This document shows positions 16,735 to 16,991 of a stretch of 16,991 nt of DNA, one piece after another. A program made the translations under genes and the position numbers. A model generated the notes under the pieces. It had not been told where the DNA came from, ran no database searches, and was given only the letters and a program-made list of their open reading frames with translations. How positions within the stretch are numbered: position 1 is the stretch's first letter; each line of letters starts with the position of its first letter. Source of the stretch: Clostridia bacterium. GTDB taxonomy: Bacteria; Bacillota; Clostridia; Christensenellales; HGM11417. Where the stretch lies: NCBI GenBank assembly GCA_017407365.1, contig JAFQWR010000227.1:1-16991 (forward strand), read 5' to 3'.

Positions 16735-16763
16735 TTGACAAAATGCAAAGAATAGTATATACT
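16735..16763 (+). promoter_or_regulatory. Strong sigma-A promoter for the tRNA cluster (TTGACA-17 bp-TATACT)
   Basis: TTGACA(16735-16740), a 17-bp spacer, then TATACT(16758-16763), followed by TAATAT. It lies about 35 nt upstream of the first tRNA. Confidence 0.65.
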
Positions 16764-16798
16764 AATATGGCTTTGTTAGGCAAGAAATTGCCCATTGT

Positions 16799-16875
<77 letters not shown>

Positions 16876-16928
16876 TTCCTTTTGCAAAGGAGGCAAAAGC
16901 TGTCTCCTTTGCTACATAAAGGCTTTAT

Positions 16929-16991
16929 GGCGGCGTAGCTTAGATGGTTATAGCGGCCGGTTCATACCCGGCAGGTCGTTGGTTCGAGTCC
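16929..16991 (+). tRNA. tRNA with CAT anticodon (elongator tRNA-Met or tRNA-Ile2/lysidine), 5' 63 nt only, truncated by the window end
   Basis: Acceptor GGCGGCG, anticodon stem GCCGG/CCGGC with loop UUCAUAC, and T-stem GTTGG + TTCGAGT + CC... It closely resembles Firmicutes elongator tRNA-Met (GGCGG.GTAGCTCAG...GGTTCATACCCG). Confidence 0.75.

Overview
This is a chromosomal window from a Firmicutes/Clostridia-like genome; the call rests on spoVG, the NfeD-flotillin pair, AGGAGG-type ribosome-binding sites, tRNAs with encoded CCA, and about 50-55% GC with AT-rich spacers. Almost all genes lie on the minus strand. From low to high coordinates the window holds: ppx (exopolyphosphatase, TTG start); a 560-bp AT-rich spacer; spoVG (GTG start); a divergent murC on the plus strand whose product carries two low-complexity insertions; a convergent bidirectional terminator; and a six-gene operon oppA-oppB-oppC-oppD-oppF-DUF3899, read from 13514 down to 4643. 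In that operon the junctions overlap or sit 1-2 nt apart, OppA is 827 aa, OppD is 722 aa with a roughly 375-aa helical insertion, OppF is 415 aa with a roughly 100-aa insertion, and the sixth gene is a small membrane protein that starts inside the oppF stop codon. The operon has a perfect-consensus sigma-A promoter and a roughly 320-nt leader. Upstream of it lies an 800-bp AT-rich spacer with diverged tandem modules of about 127 bp that each carry a promoter-like motif. Further on are an nfeD-floT (YuaF/FloT-like) membrane-microdomain operon and a strongly promoted tRNA-fMet / tRNA-Met(CAT) pair, cut off by the window end. I found no transposase, integrase, CRISPR array or recognisable defence genes. 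The most unusual content is the non-canonical Opp importer, the structured and repeat-rich non-coding DNA around it, and the atypical MurC.
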